Source: Promethearchaeota archaeon
Lineage (GTDB): Archaea > Asgardarchaeota > Lokiarchaeia > Sigyniarchaeales > SOKP01
Direction of reading: 5' to 3'
DNA length: 54,186 nucleotides
Assembly (NCBI GenBank): GCA_019057865.1
Contig: JAHLWP010000031.1
Location: 1 to 54,186 of the forward strand
Part shown: one piece after another, positions 39,619 to 50,317 of the stretch
Layout: every line of letters begins with the position of its first letter
How positions within the stretch are numbered: position 1 is the first letter of the stretch
The notes under the pieces: model-generated
What the model was told of the DNA's origin: nothing
The model's input: the letters and a program-made list of their open reading frames with translations, nothing else
The model's database searches: none
Program-made: the position numbers and the translations under genes

Positions 39619-40998
39619 ATGGCTAAGAAACAAGATAAAAATAAGTTTTTAGAAGATCTTGGAATCGCAGTTGATCAATTTATAGATCATTCATATAATA
39701 GAATTATTGCCATTTCTCACAATGATGCTGATGGGATAAGTAGTTTACATATTATTCAAAATCTTTTACATAAATTGAATATGGATTATGATTATTTTAT
39801 ATATAATAGATCAGTTTCTTGGGAGAACTACCTAGATGGTATCTTCTCTAAAAGGCAAACTGATAAAACGGCTTTTATTTTTACCGATGTAGGTTCTAAT
39901 CTAAATGATTTAATTCCAATCATTAATAAAAGAAAAGAAAACTTTTTTATACTTGATCATCATGAAGTAGAAGATAATCTTCATCGAGATAACTATCCTG
40001 AAAACCTTTTTTTTGTAAATCCAACTATTCATGGTTATGATGGACTTGATCACATAGCGGGTGCAACTTTGGCTTATATGTTTGCTAAGCAAATTAAGGC
40101 ATCTGTCATAAAACAAGGTTGGCTAACTATTATAGGAATAGCTGGAGATTCGCTAAAGTCAATGGATAAGCTTAAATCATTCAACAGAGAAATATATGAA
40201 GAGTTAATAGACGAAGAACTTATAGAAGATAAAGAGGGTTTAATATTATTTGGAAGTATGCATGAATCGATAAAAAATGGATTAAAAAATAGCATATTAC
40301 CTTATATTAATGGATTAGGTGGTGAATCCGACCAAAAAATTAAATTATTCTTAAATGAATTAAATATTAGTCCAAAAACTAGAGTTGTTGATTTAAATAA
40401 TTCTGAAATCCAAACTATTCAAAATAAAGCTAATTTTAATAGTCTTGGTCACTATGCTCTACTACCTCAAAAATTTGGTATGTTAAATTTTGCATTTGAA
40501 CACGCTTTACTATTAAACATTTTATGCTTTAAGAACATTAGTGCTGCGATCTTAATGATCCAACTAAAAGCAATAACTCGCTATGCTAAAAATTTATATT
40601 TAGAATATATTAGCAATCTTGTTAGAAATTTGAAAACACTATCAAGCGAATTACCACGTTATGAAACAAATAAAGCAATATTTATAGATGTTAAAGGGAA
40701 GATTGCTCCTAGTAACTGGTCAGATACAGCTAGCTTTAGTACTGTTAATGAAATTCTTGATCCATATAAAATCTTATTTTTAGGTGGACTTGAAAAAAAT
40801 TCGGGAACTATTAAATTAAGTATTAGATGTTCTAGGCAATATTTAGAGAGAAATAATGGTATTGGGGTAAATGATATTATTACAAAAATAAAGAATGAGC
40901 TAGGAGGGGTTGGAGGCGGTCATAAGTTAGCAGGGGGTCTTAGATTATCTAAACCATCTTTCATGCGGTTGAAATCAAACATAGACAATTATATTTAA
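39619..40998 (+). CDS. DHH-family phosphoesterase (RecJ/GAN/HAN-like)
   Basis: HNDADG, TDVGS, LDHH and GGGHKLAGG. Confidence 0.9.
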   Translation: MAKKQDKNKFLEDLGIAVDQFIDHSYNRIIAISHNDADGISSLHIIQNLLHKLNMDYDYFIYNRSVSWENYLDGIFSKRQTDKTAFIFTDVGSNLNDLIPIINKRKENFFILDHHEVEDNLHRDNYPENLFFVNPTIHGYDGLDHIAGATLAYMFAKQIKASVIKQGWLTIIGIAGDSLKSMDKLKSFNREIYEELIDEELIEDKEGLILFGSMHESIKNGLKNSILPYINGLGGESDQKIKLFLNELNISPKTRVVDLNNSEIQTIQNKANFNSLGHYALLPQKFGMLNFAFEHALLLNILCFKNISAAILMIQLKAITRYAKNLYLEYISNLVRNLKTLSSELPRYETNKAIFIDVKGKIAPSNWSDTASFSTVNEILDPYKILFLGGLEKNSGTIKLSIRCSRQYLERNNGIGVNDIITKIKNELGGVGGGHKLAGGLRLSKPSFMRLKSNIDNYI

Positions 40999-41010
40999 AT
41001 CATTGAAATT

Positions 41011-41307
41011 ATGTCATTTATCGAGAAATTAAGTACTAAAAGCTATTTACTTCATATTTATGCAAAACCGAACTCTAAAAGACAGGATCTTTTAGACGAT
41101 AGTAAATATTTAATTGTATATCTTCAATCCAAAGCGATTCAAAATAAAGCTAACAAAGAATTAATCTCTTATTTAAAAAAAAAATTGAATGTCTCTAGTA
41201 ATCATATAGAGATTGTTGCTGGAGCAAAAACATCTAATAAATTAATACAAGTTACATTTTCTAAAGAAATTAAAGAAGATGAAGTTATTAGTAAACTATT
41301 AGGTTAA
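41011..41307 (+). CDS. DUF167 (UPF0235) protein
   Basis: KPNSKR...KANKELI...IEIVAGAKTSNK. Confidence 0.88.
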   Translation: MSFIEKLSTKSYLLHIYAKPNSKRQDLLDDSKYLIVYLQSKAIQNKANKELISYLKKKLNVSSNHIEIVAGAKTSNKLIQVTFSKEIKEDEVISKLLG

Positions 41308-41320
41308 CATTTTCTAAAAA

Positions 41321-41671
41321 TTAACTCCCAATTTTTTTCATACGACCACATTTTAAACATGTAATAAAATGAGTCATTCCTTCGTCAGCGCTTCTTGTTT
41401 GGCGAGTTTCTAAGTGAGCTTTATCATAACCACAACTAGGGCATTTAAAATTTTTTATAGTGCTCCTTAAATTCTCTTCTTTCCAATTCATTACTTCAGT
41501 AAGATTTGTAACTTCACTTCGGATAGAATGTTCAATCTTTCTAGTTATTTTATAAGCATCTGATTTATCTTCTGAAAAAGGTTTTATTGATCCACATTTA
41601 CATTTAAAAACCTTTTTTCCATTCTTGTTCGAAGGAAGCATCATACTCCCACACTCATCACAGAATTCCAT
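41321..41671 (-). CDS. tfs: Transcription factor S (RPA12/RPB9/RPC11-like)
   Basis: MEFCDECG, plus CPSCG...QTRSADEG...CLKCG with the acidic DE hairpin intact. Confidence 0.92.
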   Translation of the reverse strand: MEFCDECGSMMLPSNKNGKKVFKCKCGSIKPFSEDKSDAYKITRKIEHSIRSEVTNLTEVMNWKEENLRSTIKNFKCPSCGYDKAHLETRQTRSADEGMTHFITCLKCGRMKKIGS

Positions 41672-41751
41672 TGTTTTCTTATCTATTTTAAGAATGTTAA
41701 ATTTAATTCCTTAAATTTATTTAAAAACTTATATCAAATATTTTTTTAGAT

Positions 41752-42726
41752 TTAAAATCTTAGTCCAAAAATTAAAGCACAAAATAATATTCCTGTAATG
41801 AGATCTGCTGTAGTTCCAGGATTCATTTTTCCTCCTTTTCCTTGTAGTTCGTTATCTAGATTTAATGTTAATTTTAATCCTTCCTCAGAAGAAATTCCTC
41901 CTACTTGTAAAATTTTTAGTGCTAAATTAGAGACATATTGTGCTGATTTTAAACCTGATTTTCTGATAATTAGTGTGTCAGGATGTATTGAAAGTAACTT
42001 CAAATAAGTATTAACTGTAGCGATATTTATATCATTATATTGATTAAATGCCCTAAAAAAATAAGGTAAACCTTCATTTAATATTATATTGAAGCCTGTT
42101 GAATATTCAAGGCTTATTAAGTCATATTCTTTGGATAATTCAAATATTTTTTTTAGAGTTATCTTCTCTTTTTGAATTTCTTTTATTGAATAATCATCAT
42201 ATACATCATATTTTTTAATTTTCCCTAAACCTCCAGGAACGCATATCCTTATAGCTTCATAGAGATTTATTGTATCATTTACAGTAGAATCATCAATAAT
42301 TTTATTCAGGTAATATTTAAAATCATTAAAATTGTATTTATTTAATTTTAAACTTATTGTGGTGGCTGCAACTAGAGGTGCTAATATTAAAATATGCCCT
42401 AAAAGAACATTTCCACCCATTTGCCAGCTCATCATTTCTTTAGCTGCATCTTTAAAAAAATTCCCTAATCCCACTATCCTAAAGTTTTGGTTTTTTTTGA
42501 TTAAGGTAGCAAGGATAACTTCACATAATTTTCTGAAACTAGGTTGGATTGCTGCTATTCCTGCTAAATAATGTTCAAATCTAGTATTATCAAAATCCTT
42601 AGTCCTTCCAATGTTTCCTGGTTTAGGCCAACCGGATACTTCTAATAAACTAGCTAAATTAATACATCGTAGTAAATCATCTATTGATTTGATTGAAAAA
42701 TTAAAATTAATATCTTTTAAAGACAC
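41752..42726 (-). CDS. citG: Triphosphoribosyl-dephospho-CoA synthase (CitG family, archaeal type)
   Basis: LEVSGWPKPGN, DTLIIRK and NPGTTADL. Confidence 0.88.
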   Translation of the reverse strand: MSLKDINFNFSIKSIDDLLRCINLASLLEVSGWPKPGNIGRTKDFDNTRFEHYLAGIAAIQPSFRKLCEVILATLIKKNQNFRIVGLGNFFKDAAKEMMSWQMGGNVLLGHILILAPLVAATTISLKLNKYNFNDFKYYLNKIIDDSTVNDTINLYEAIRICVPGGLGKIKKYDVYDDYSIKEIQKEKITLKKIFELSKEYDLISLEYSTGFNIILNEGLPYFFRAFNQYNDINIATVNTYLKLLSIHPDTLIIRKSGLKSAQYVSNLALKILQVGGISSEEGLKLTLNLDNELQGKGGKMNPGTTADLITGILFCALIFGLRF

Positions 42727-42774
42727 AATTAATGATGTTTTTAGTAATTTAATTAATTTTTAAGAAAAGCAGAT

Positions 42775-43086
42775 TTAATAATAACTTAATTCAATAATTT
42801 TTCTCTCTCTTACAGAATATCCCTCTTTATCCATGGATTTAAATGAGATTGGTCTAAACTCTTCCTTTAAACCGTTCTTATAAAGAAATTTTTTTATTCT
42901 AAGTCTAATTGCTCTCTTGGATAATTTACTAGGCATTTCAATATCAAGTTCATTGCCACTACGATTAATATTAATTTGAGGTAGGGCTTCACTCATAAAT
43001 CTAATTAGATCAACAACATATTGATCACTTTTAAAACTTAAATCTTTAACAATAATCGTAATTTCTTTAGTTGTTGCTTCACTCAT
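42775..43086 (-). CDS. rpl22e: Ribosomal protein eL22-like
   Basis: LSKRAIRLRIKKFLYKNGLKEEFRPIS...EGYSVR parallels the eL22 pattern [27 protein letters not shown]...SYELR. Confidence 0.75.
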   Translation of the reverse strand: MSEATTKEITIIVKDLSFKSDQYVVDLIRFMSEALPQININRSGNELDIEMPSKLSKRAIRLRIKKFLYKNGLKEEFRPISFKSMDKEGYSVRERKIIELSYY

Positions 43087-43216
43087 AATTTATTCAGTTT
43101 GGGAATAATTCTCTCTATAAGATAATTAAAAATCTTATTAATTTTTTATGATTTTATCATTTTAAGTTGAGTTAATTTTATTTCAAATTAATAATTAAAA
43201 ATCTAAAAAGAAAAAG

Positions 43217-44506
43217 GTGCAAATAATGGGGCATTATGTTGATTTAAATTATGAGCCAAATAAAAACGATCTTATTGCAATGTATTATGTAGAAAAATCT
43301 ATAGACTGTAAATCTTTCGAGCAAGCCTGCGAGGAAATCGCAAAAGAAAGTTCAATTGGAACATGGACAGATATTGTAACGATGTCTGAGGATATAGCAA
43401 AAAGACTAAGACCTTCTGCTTATTATATTGATGAACCTCGGGGATTAGTAAAAATAGCATATACTAAAGATTTGTTTGAACCTGATAATATGTCTCAAAT
43501 ATTAAGTGCAATTGCCGGTAACATTTATGGAATGAAGGCATTAGACAATTTAAGACTATTAGATATTTCTTTTCCAAAAAGTATGGTGGAAGTATATAAA
43601 GGACCAAAATTTGGGATAAAAGGAATAAGAAAATTAACAAAAGTAACAGATCGTCCTCTACTTGGCACGATTGTAAAACCGAAAGTAGGATTAAATGAAA
43701 TAGAACACGCAAAAGTGTGTGGTCAGGCATGGTCTGGAGGCTTAGATATTGTAAAAGATGATGAAAATTTAACAAGCATGACATTTAATAAATTTGAGAA
43801 AAGAATTGAGGAAACTTTAAAAATTCGAGACAAAGTGGAGAATGAAACAGGAGAGAAAAAGATTTATATGCCAAATATTACAGCTCCCTTAGGTATAATG
43901 AAAAAAAGAGCTGATTATGTTATTAAACATGGTGGTGAATATATAATGCTCGACATTCTTACAGTTGGGTTCTCTGCATTACAAGAAATTAGAGATTACC
44001 TCGATGATAAAAACATAGTTATTCATGCTCACAGAGCCATGCATGCTGCTCTAACTCGAAACAAAAAGCATGGAATAACGATGTTGGCATTATCTAAGAT
44101 CATGAGATTGATAGGAATGGATCAACTTCATACGGGTACAATTGTGGGAAAAATGGAGGGTGGAAAACGAGAAGTATTAGAATGTAATGAAATTCTTACT
44201 GCACAGAAGAATTTTAATAATAACGAAACCATGCTTGATCAGGATTGGGGAAATATTAAACCAACTTTACCTGTGGCTTCAGGAGGTTTGAGTCCATTAC
44301 ATGTTCCTGAATTAATTGAAATATTAGGTAAGGATATAGTATATCAGTTTGGAGGAGGGTGCCATGGCCATCCTGATGGAACCGAAACCGGAGCAAAAGC
44401 CATTAGACAAGCTGTTGATGCTTCTTTACAAGGATTTGAATTAGAGGAGTATGCAAAAAACAATTTTGAATTAGCGAGAGCCATTGAAAAATGGGGTATA
44501 AGATAG
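43217..44506 (+). CDS. rbcL: RuBisCO large subunit, form III
   Basis: ESSIGTWT, GTIVKPKVGL, GLDIVKDDE, HAHRAMH, GKMEG and SGG; no small subunit gene adjacent. Confidence 0.95.
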   Translation: MQIMGHYVDLNYEPNKNDLIAMYYVEKSIDCKSFEQACEEIAKESSIGTWTDIVTMSEDIAKRLRPSAYYIDEPRGLVKIAYTKDLFEPDNMSQILSAIAGNIYGMKALDNLRLLDISFPKSMVEVYKGPKFGIKGIRKLTKVTDRPLLGTIVKPKVGLNEIEHAKVCGQAWSGGLDIVKDDENLTSMTFNKFEKRIEETLKIRDKVENETGEKKIYMPNITAPLGIMKKRADYVIKHGGEYIMLDILTVGFSALQEIRDYLDDKNIVIHAHRAMHAALTRNKKHGITMLALSKIMRLIGMDQLHTGTIVGKMEGGKREVLECNEILTAQKNFNNNETMLDQDWGNIKPTLPVASGGLSPLHVPELIEILGKDIVYQFGGGCHGHPDGTETGAKAIRQAVDASLQGFELEEYAKNNFELARAIEKWGIR

Positions 44507-44517
44507 CTTAATATTAA

Positions 44518-45450
44518 TTAAACCATTTCTGGGTACAATTTAGCAAAATAGTTTGAAACATGACTTGAAGCAAATATACCCGCTTCTGTAATTAAACCAT
44601 CTATATACCTTCTACTTACAGTTTCGAATGCTGGATTTAAAATTTCAATTCCTTCTGGAGGGTTTTCCCATATTTCTTCTGGGTTTCTCATTTCAATAGT
44701 TTCTAAAATCCCAAGATTGGTTTCTGGATTGTATTTTAATAAAGGAGACGCAACATAAAAAGGCACATGTTCTTCATGAGCTACTAATGCTAGTAATCTT
44801 GAACCAATTTTATTAATAATAGTTCCCTCAGAAGTTATACTGTCTGCGCCAATTAAAATTAAATCAACCTGATAATGTCTTACAGCCCATCTCATTGCGC
44901 TATCAACAACATGAATAACTTCTACGCCTGCTTTTAATAATTTTTTTGCCGTTTTCCGACCTTGCAATCGAGGCTGTGTTTCTGTATTAATTACTTTAAA
45001 ATCTTTCCCTTGTTTTTTAGCTTCTAAAAGAATAGCGGTGACTAGACTGGAATGGCAATGTGTCATTACGATAAATTTTTTACCTGCAGCAGGAAAACGT
45101 CTAGCACCTATTTCAGCAATTCTTTTCTTTGATTTTTGAAGCATATCATAATATTGATTCTTATACTTTTCAATGATATCAGAAATGTATTCAGCAATGC
45201 AGGTTTCTTTTTCTTGTTCTAATTTATTCATAATAAATTTTAGGCCATTTTTCATAGCAGGTTCTGTTGGTCTTGTATTAATTAAAATATCTTTTGCATT
45301 GTAAAGATTCTCAAAGCATTTCTCAATATTCTCAGATTTTAATCTTTTAGCGTAATCACTTAAAAAATCAATAGCACTAGTGGCAACATTACTGGCTCCC
45401 TGAATCTCTAATGATTTTATTCTTTCAGCATCTTTTAATAATTGATCCAT
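44518..45450 (-). CDS. Ribose-1,5-bisphosphate isomerase (eIF2B alpha/beta/delta family)
   Basis: EIQGA, TRPTEP, THCHS, GADSI, NKIG and NPAFE; adjacent to form III RuBisCO. Confidence 0.85.
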   Translation of the reverse strand: MDQLLKDAERIKSLEIQGASNVATSAIDFLSDYAKRLKSENIEKCFENLYNAKDILINTRPTEPAMKNGLKFIMNKLEQEKETCIAEYISDIIEKYKNQYYDMLQKSKKRIAEIGARRFPAAGKKFIVMTHCHSSLVTAILLEAKKQGKDFKVINTETQPRLQGRKTAKKLLKAGVEVIHVVDSAMRWAVRHYQVDLILIGADSITSEGTIINKIGSRLLALVAHEEHVPFYVASPLLKYNPETNLGILETIEMRNPEEIWENPPEGIEILNPAFETVSRRYIDGLITEAGIFASSHVSNYFAKLYPEMV

Positions 45451-45539
45451 AAATAATCACTTCTATTTGCATTCTTTTAAAGAATAAAAATTCTAATATA
45501 TAAAATTTGATATTATTATATACTTTATTTTTGGTTGTT

Positions 45540-45725
45540 TTATTCTTCTTCTTGATCTAGTTTGAAGTCTTCTGAATCAACTTCAATGTAAAAGCGACCT
45601 GTATAGCCACAATTGGTGCATTCAAAGAAGTCAGCACCCAACCAACCCGAAACATTAACCGCACTTTTTAATTTTGGTTTTTTACAATTCGGACAGATTC
45701 TAATATTTACCATTTTGCCACTCAA
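45540..45725 (-). CDS. Small zinc-ribbon protein
   Basis: CPNC...SGWL...CTNCGYTG. Confidence 0.75.
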   Translation of the reverse strand: MSGKMVNIRICPNCKKPKLKSAVNVSGWLGADFFECTNCGYTGRFYIEVDSEDFKLDQEEE

Positions 45726-45930
45726 TTGAATTTTAATTAAAACCGTTTATATAATTTGAAAATTACTTAAAAAATATATTCTGAATTTGATTAAACCATA
45801 TAATTATATTTAATAATGATAAATTAAATTTAATCTCCCTTACTACTAATAATATTATAATCCCTTTATTTATAAAAATAAAAGATTCAATAAAGAAATA
45901 TTATATAATTCTAATATATCATATCAATTT

Positions 45931-47757
45931 ATGAAGGAATTAGAACTACAGCGAAAAAGTTTACCAAACGAACCGGGTGTTTATCTATTTATCGATAACA
46001 GAGGGACAATTATCTATATCGGTAAAGCATTGAATCTAAGAAAAAGAGTAAATCAATATTTCTTAAAGACAAGTTATAGTGATCCTTACTATGAAGAAAA
46101 GATAAATGAACTCGTTAAAAACATTCATTCCATTGATTATATTGTAACCCAAAACGAGAAAGAAGCTTTAATTTTAGAAAATATTCAAATAAAGAAGTAT
46201 AAACCCCGCTTCAATGTAATAATGAGGGATTCCAAAACTTATCCTTGGGTTGCAATTTTCTACTCTGAAGCTTACCCTAGAATCCGTGTACTTAGAAATC
46301 CTGAAAAATTTGGAAAAAAAAACCTCTACCTAGGTCCCTATACAGATAAAAAGGAGATTATAAGAATATTAAGAGATTTAAGAAAGATTTTTCCCTATTG
46401 TTCATGTAAAAAACCTGTTAGAAATAGATCTAGACCATGTTTATATTACCAATTAAAATTATGTCCTGGGCCTTGTTTCACATCTATTACTAAAAATGAA
46501 TATCTAGAGAATATTAAAAAAATTGAATTGTTTTTAAAAGGAGAAACAAGTGAACTACAGAGACAACTTAAAGAAAAAATGAATAATGCTGCTAATGAGC
46601 AGAATTTTGAGCAGGCAGTGTTATGGAGAGATAAATTAGAGGATATAGCACATGCTACTGATAAACAATACGTACTATTCGATCAAGTAGCAAATAAAGA
46701 TGTTATTGGGTATTTTATAAAGAACAATTATATGTCAATGGTTATTATCCACATTCGAGAGGGGAGAATTACAAAGAAAAGTTCTTTTACCTTTGATTTA
46801 AGAGAAAAATTAATTCATAAAGATTACACTTTTTCTTCTATTTTAGAGCAGTATTACCAAGATTTTAAAACGCAGCTTCCTGATTCTATCGTTATTCCTG
46901 AATTAAATAAAAGATTTGAATTATTAATAAGATTCTTAAGGGATATTAAAGAAATCATACAAATAAGAACTCCTACAGATGATTATGAAATTAGTTTGCT
47001 TCGAATTGCCAATAAAAACGCTATAGTAATGGTTGAACAGCAAATACAAATGGAAGATATAAAAATGAATGAACAAGAATATAGAGTAAAAGTTTTAAAG
47101 GAAACTAAACAGATCCTAAATCTTTCAAAGAAACCTAAGATTATGGAAGGTTTTGATATTTCAAATATCGAAGGTAAAGATGCAACAGGCTCAATGGTTT
47201 ATTTCTTAGATGCTAAACCTTATAATAAAAATTATCGACATTATAAAATTAGATCAAAATCAACTCCGGATGATGTAGCAATGATGAAAGAAGTTATTAA
47301 AAGAAGATATACAATGCTTTTAGAAAAAAATTTAGAATTGCCAGACTTAATATTAGTCGATGGTGGAAAAGGTCAATTAAATGCCGGGATTTCTATTTTA
47401 AATGAATTGAGTCTTGACATCCCAATTATTGGATTAGCTAAAAAGTTTGAAGAAATCTACGTTCCTGGAGAGAAAGAACCGATTGTTCTTCCAGAAGATT
47501 CCTTAACTTTAAAATTATTTCAAAGAGTACGAGATGAGGCTCATAGGTTTGCCGTAAGATTACATAAGAAACAAAGAGAAAAGCGTATAGTTGGTTCAGT
47601 TTTAGACAATATTAAAGGTATAGGACCCGCAACTAGGAACAAATTGCTTAAACATTTTGGGAGTGTAGAAAAGATAAAAATTGCTTCTAAAGAGGAACTT
47701 TCTAAATTAGTAGGTAAAAAATTAGCTGAAAATATTAAAAATAAGTTTAACAAGTAA
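45931..47757 (+). CDS. uvrC: Excinuclease ABC subunit C
   Basis: PGVYLF...YIGKA (GIY-YIG), GFDISN, LILVDGGKGQL, RDEAHRFA and C-terminal HhH. Confidence 0.97.
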   Translation: MKELELQRKSLPNEPGVYLFIDNRGTIIYIGKALNLRKRVNQYFLKTSYSDPYYEEKINELVKNIHSIDYIVTQNEKEALILENIQIKKYKPRFNVIMRDSKTYPWVAIFYSEAYPRIRVLRNPEKFGKKNLYLGPYTDKKEIIRILRDLRKIFPYCSCKKPVRNRSRPCLYYQLKLCPGPCFTSITKNEYLENIKKIELFLKGETSELQRQLKEKMNNAANEQNFEQAVLWRDKLEDIAHATDKQYVLFDQVANKDVIGYFIKNNYMSMVIIHIREGRITKKSSFTFDLREKLIHKDYTFSSILEQYYQDFKTQLPDSIVIPELNKRFELLIRFLRDIKEIIQIRTPTDDYEISLLRIANKNAIVMVEQQIQMEDIKMNEQEYRVKVLKETKQILNLSKKPKIMEGFDISNIEGKDATGSMVYFLDAKPYNKNYRHYKIRSKSTPDDVAMMKEVIKRRYTMLLEKNLELPDLILVDGGKGQLNAGISILNELSLDIPIIGLAKKFEEIYVPGEKEPIVLPEDSLTLKLFQRVRDEAHRFAVRLHKKQREKRIVGSVLDNIKGIGPATRNKLLKHFGSVEKIKIASKEELSKLVGKKLAENIKNKFNK

Positions 47758-47773
47758 ATTAGGATAAGAGAAT

Positions 47774-49213
47774 TTATGATTTTGAAATAACTAATTTTAC
47801 AAGTTCTGCTGTTGTCTGACAATAAATTCTCGCTAATGATTTCCTTTTAGCCTCACTTATAATGCGAATAATAGGTTCTGTATTGGAAGGATGAATCAAA
47901 ACGAACCATTCTTTATCTTTACCAAATCTAAGGTCCCAGCCAACTTGAGAAACGTTTTCTCCTTCATTAATCAGTTCTTTTTTAGTCTGATTTATAATAA
48001 ACTCTATATTATATTTTAAAACATCTATTTTTTCTCTATAAGCATAATATTTTGGTAGCAAAGCAACTAAATTAGAGATCTTTTTTTTATTAGATGTTAA
48101 AATTTCTATAATTTTAGCTGCTGCAAAAATCCCGTCTCTAGTATTATTAAAATGAGGGAACATTACACCACCACAAGACCCTTCTCCTCCAAAAATTACG
48201 CAATTTTCATTATTTAACTTACATTCTTGTAACAGAGAATTCATTTCCTCGGATAAAAATCTTTCTCCTATGGGTGTTCGAATAATATGAGCATTATATT
48301 TTTCAGCAAGAACTTCAAACATTAAAGATGACGCTAAATTTGTTACAAAAATTATTTTATCATATTTACCAGTACATTTTTTAAGGTAATTTTCAGTAAT
48401 AAGCGCTAAACCAATATCTTCAGGATAGCATACCCCATTATCTCCAATAATTGCTAATCTATCAGCATCACTATCATGAGCAAATCCTACATCATATTTA
48501 CCTTGCCAAACTTCCATTATTAAATCTTTTAAATTCTTTTCTATAGGTTCTATTTCTCGAGGAAATTTGGAGTTAATCAATAAATTATTATTTATTACTT
48601 TAACTTTACATCCCAATTTTTCAAGGATATGAGGAGTAGCCAATTTTCCTGCTCCCGCTCCAGTATCAATTACCACAGTTAGATCATTTTGATTTTTTAT
48701 TTGCGTTAAGTTAATATTTTTAAATAAGGTGTTGATATAATCGGGTATTGGATTTAATTTTACTATTTTTCTACTTAAATAAGATTTTTTAAAGGGATAA
48801 GAATCTAAATTAATTTTAGTTAAGTTATTAGAAATTTGAGTTAGATCCGAGTTGTTTAAGAATGTTCTTTTTGAGAGAAGTTTTATACCATTCCATTCTT
48901 GAGGATTATGAGATCCAGTTATGATAATCCCTGTTGGTATATCTAAATTATTTTTAGCATGGATAATAATTGGGGTTGGACAGACCCCAACATTTGTAAT
49001 TTTAAAACCAGTTGCGATTAAACCCTCAATAATTGCTTTTTCAATTATTTCTCCGCTTGGTCTAGTATCTTTCCCTATTATTACTCTTTTATCCTTATTA
49101 TTAAACCATAGCCCAAAAGAAATAGCTATTTTTTTTATAATCTTGTAATTTAAGTTTTTCCCTACAATTCCTCTAATTCCACTAAAAGTAAAAATTAGAT
49201 TATTTGTTTTCAT
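47774..49213 (-). CDS. Alpha-D-phosphohexomutase (GlmM/PMM-PGM family)
   Basis: SGIRG, DTRPSG, GSHNP, DSDADR, GEGS and SNTEP. Confidence 0.92.
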   Translation of the reverse strand: MKTNNLIFTFSGIRGIVGKNLNYKIIKKIAISFGLWFNNKDKRVIIGKDTRPSGEIIEKAIIEGLIATGFKITNVGVCPTPIIIHAKNNLDIPTGIIITGSHNPQEWNGIKLLSKRTFLNNSDLTQISNNLTKINLDSYPFKKSYLSRKIVKLNPIPDYINTLFKNINLTQIKNQNDLTVVIDTGAGAGKLATPHILEKLGCKVKVINNNLLINSKFPREIEPIEKNLKDLIMEVWQGKYDVGFAHDSDADRLAIIGDNGVCYPEDIGLALITENYLKKCTGKYDKIIFVTNLASSLMFEVLAEKYNAHIIRTPIGERFLSEEMNSLLQECKLNNENCVIFGGEGSCGGVMFPHFNNTRDGIFAAAKIIEILTSNKKKISNLVALLPKYYAYREKIDVLKYNIEFIINQTKKELINEGENVSQVGWDLRFGKDKEWFVLIHPSNTEPIIRIISEAKRKSLARIYCQTTAELVKLVISKS

Positions 49214-49234
49214 ATTTATAAAAAGGATATAGCT

Positions 49235-50248
49235 TTAAGGAATAATTTTATTCCCTTCCAGTTTGTATTTAACAAAAGCGAGAGCTCCCCTTAAACCAAT
49301 TTCATCTATATATTTAGTTACTTTAATTTCAGGAGGATGATTTATTGTGAATTGAATTGGACTTGTTTTATATTGGGTTCTTATAGGAGATAAGATCATA
49401 TCATGATCTTTCATCATTGCTCCACCAAAATATATCGAGGAGCAATCATAGAAATTATTAACTAGACCAATACCAACTATAGTATAAAATATACAATTAT
49501 CGACAATACTTTTAGAGAATTTATCTCCTCCTCTTGCTGCTTGAAAGATTTCTTTTGCTGTAATTTTAGCTTTATCATTATCCACTAGATGCATTAAGAT
49601 TTTAGCCTCTAAATTACTTGTCTCAAGTGCCTCTAAAGCTCTATTTCTAACTCCAGTACCCGAACTATAAACCTCCCAACACCCATGTGCACCACAATTA
49701 CATTGATGAATACTTCGAGGTTCAACAATACTATGCCCAACTTCTGCCGCATTTCCTTCCTTTCCAAGTAATAAACGTCCGTTGCAAATTGCACCCCCTC
49801 CTATTCCTGTTGACATAGTTATATAGATTAAATTATTTTTTTCCTCTTCATCTGCTTCAAAATAGTAAACCCCTAAAATTGAAGCATTACAATCATTAAT
49901 TAAAAATATTGGACAATTAGAATATACTTGTCCTATAGGCTCTTGTAAAGGAATTGTTTTAAAGCCCAAATTTGCGTTATTAAAAACTAATCCTTTTTCT
50001 ACATCTAAGGGTCCTGCAGAAGCTAAGCCAATTCCTATTAATTGATCTCTACTTATATTATTTTCAGATAGTAATTCCGAAATTAGCATTATCACAGATT
50101 TGCTAATTGAATATTCATTTTCTTTTAAGGTTTTAGAAATTTTGGTTTTAATATTTTCTTCTTCTAAATCTGGTGTACAAATTCCAACTCGAATCCATGT
50201 TCCTCCAATATCCACTCCAATAATATATTTCTCATCCATTTTTATCAC
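49235..50248 (-). CDS. ROK-family sugar kinase
   Basis: GVDIGGT, NDCN, STGIGGG, EVGH and CNCGAHGCWE. Confidence 0.93.
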   Translation of the reverse strand: MIKMDEKYIIGVDIGGTWIRVGICTPDLEEENIKTKISKTLKENEYSISKSVIMLISELLSENNISRDQLIGIGLASAGPLDVEKGLVFNNANLGFKTIPLQEPIGQVYSNCPIFLINDCNASILGVYYFEADEEEKNNLIYITMSTGIGGGAICNGRLLLGKEGNAAEVGHSIVEPRSIHQCNCGAHGCWEVYSSGTGVRNRALEALETSNLEAKILMHLVDNDKAKITAKEIFQAARGGDKFSKSIVDNCIFYTIVGIGLVNNFYDCSSIYFGGAMMKDHDMILSPIRTQYKTSPIQFTINHPPEIKVTKYIDEIGLRGALAFVKYKLEGNKIIP

Positions 50249-50317
50249 AATATTAAATCTTTAGATAATTAGTTTAATATAAAATAAAATAATAATTTAA
50301 TTCAATTTAATCAATAT

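Noticed and set aside
42775-43086. eL22 as a novel finding
   Set aside because: eL22 homologs are already established in Lokiarchaeota; it is useful only as a taxonomic marker.
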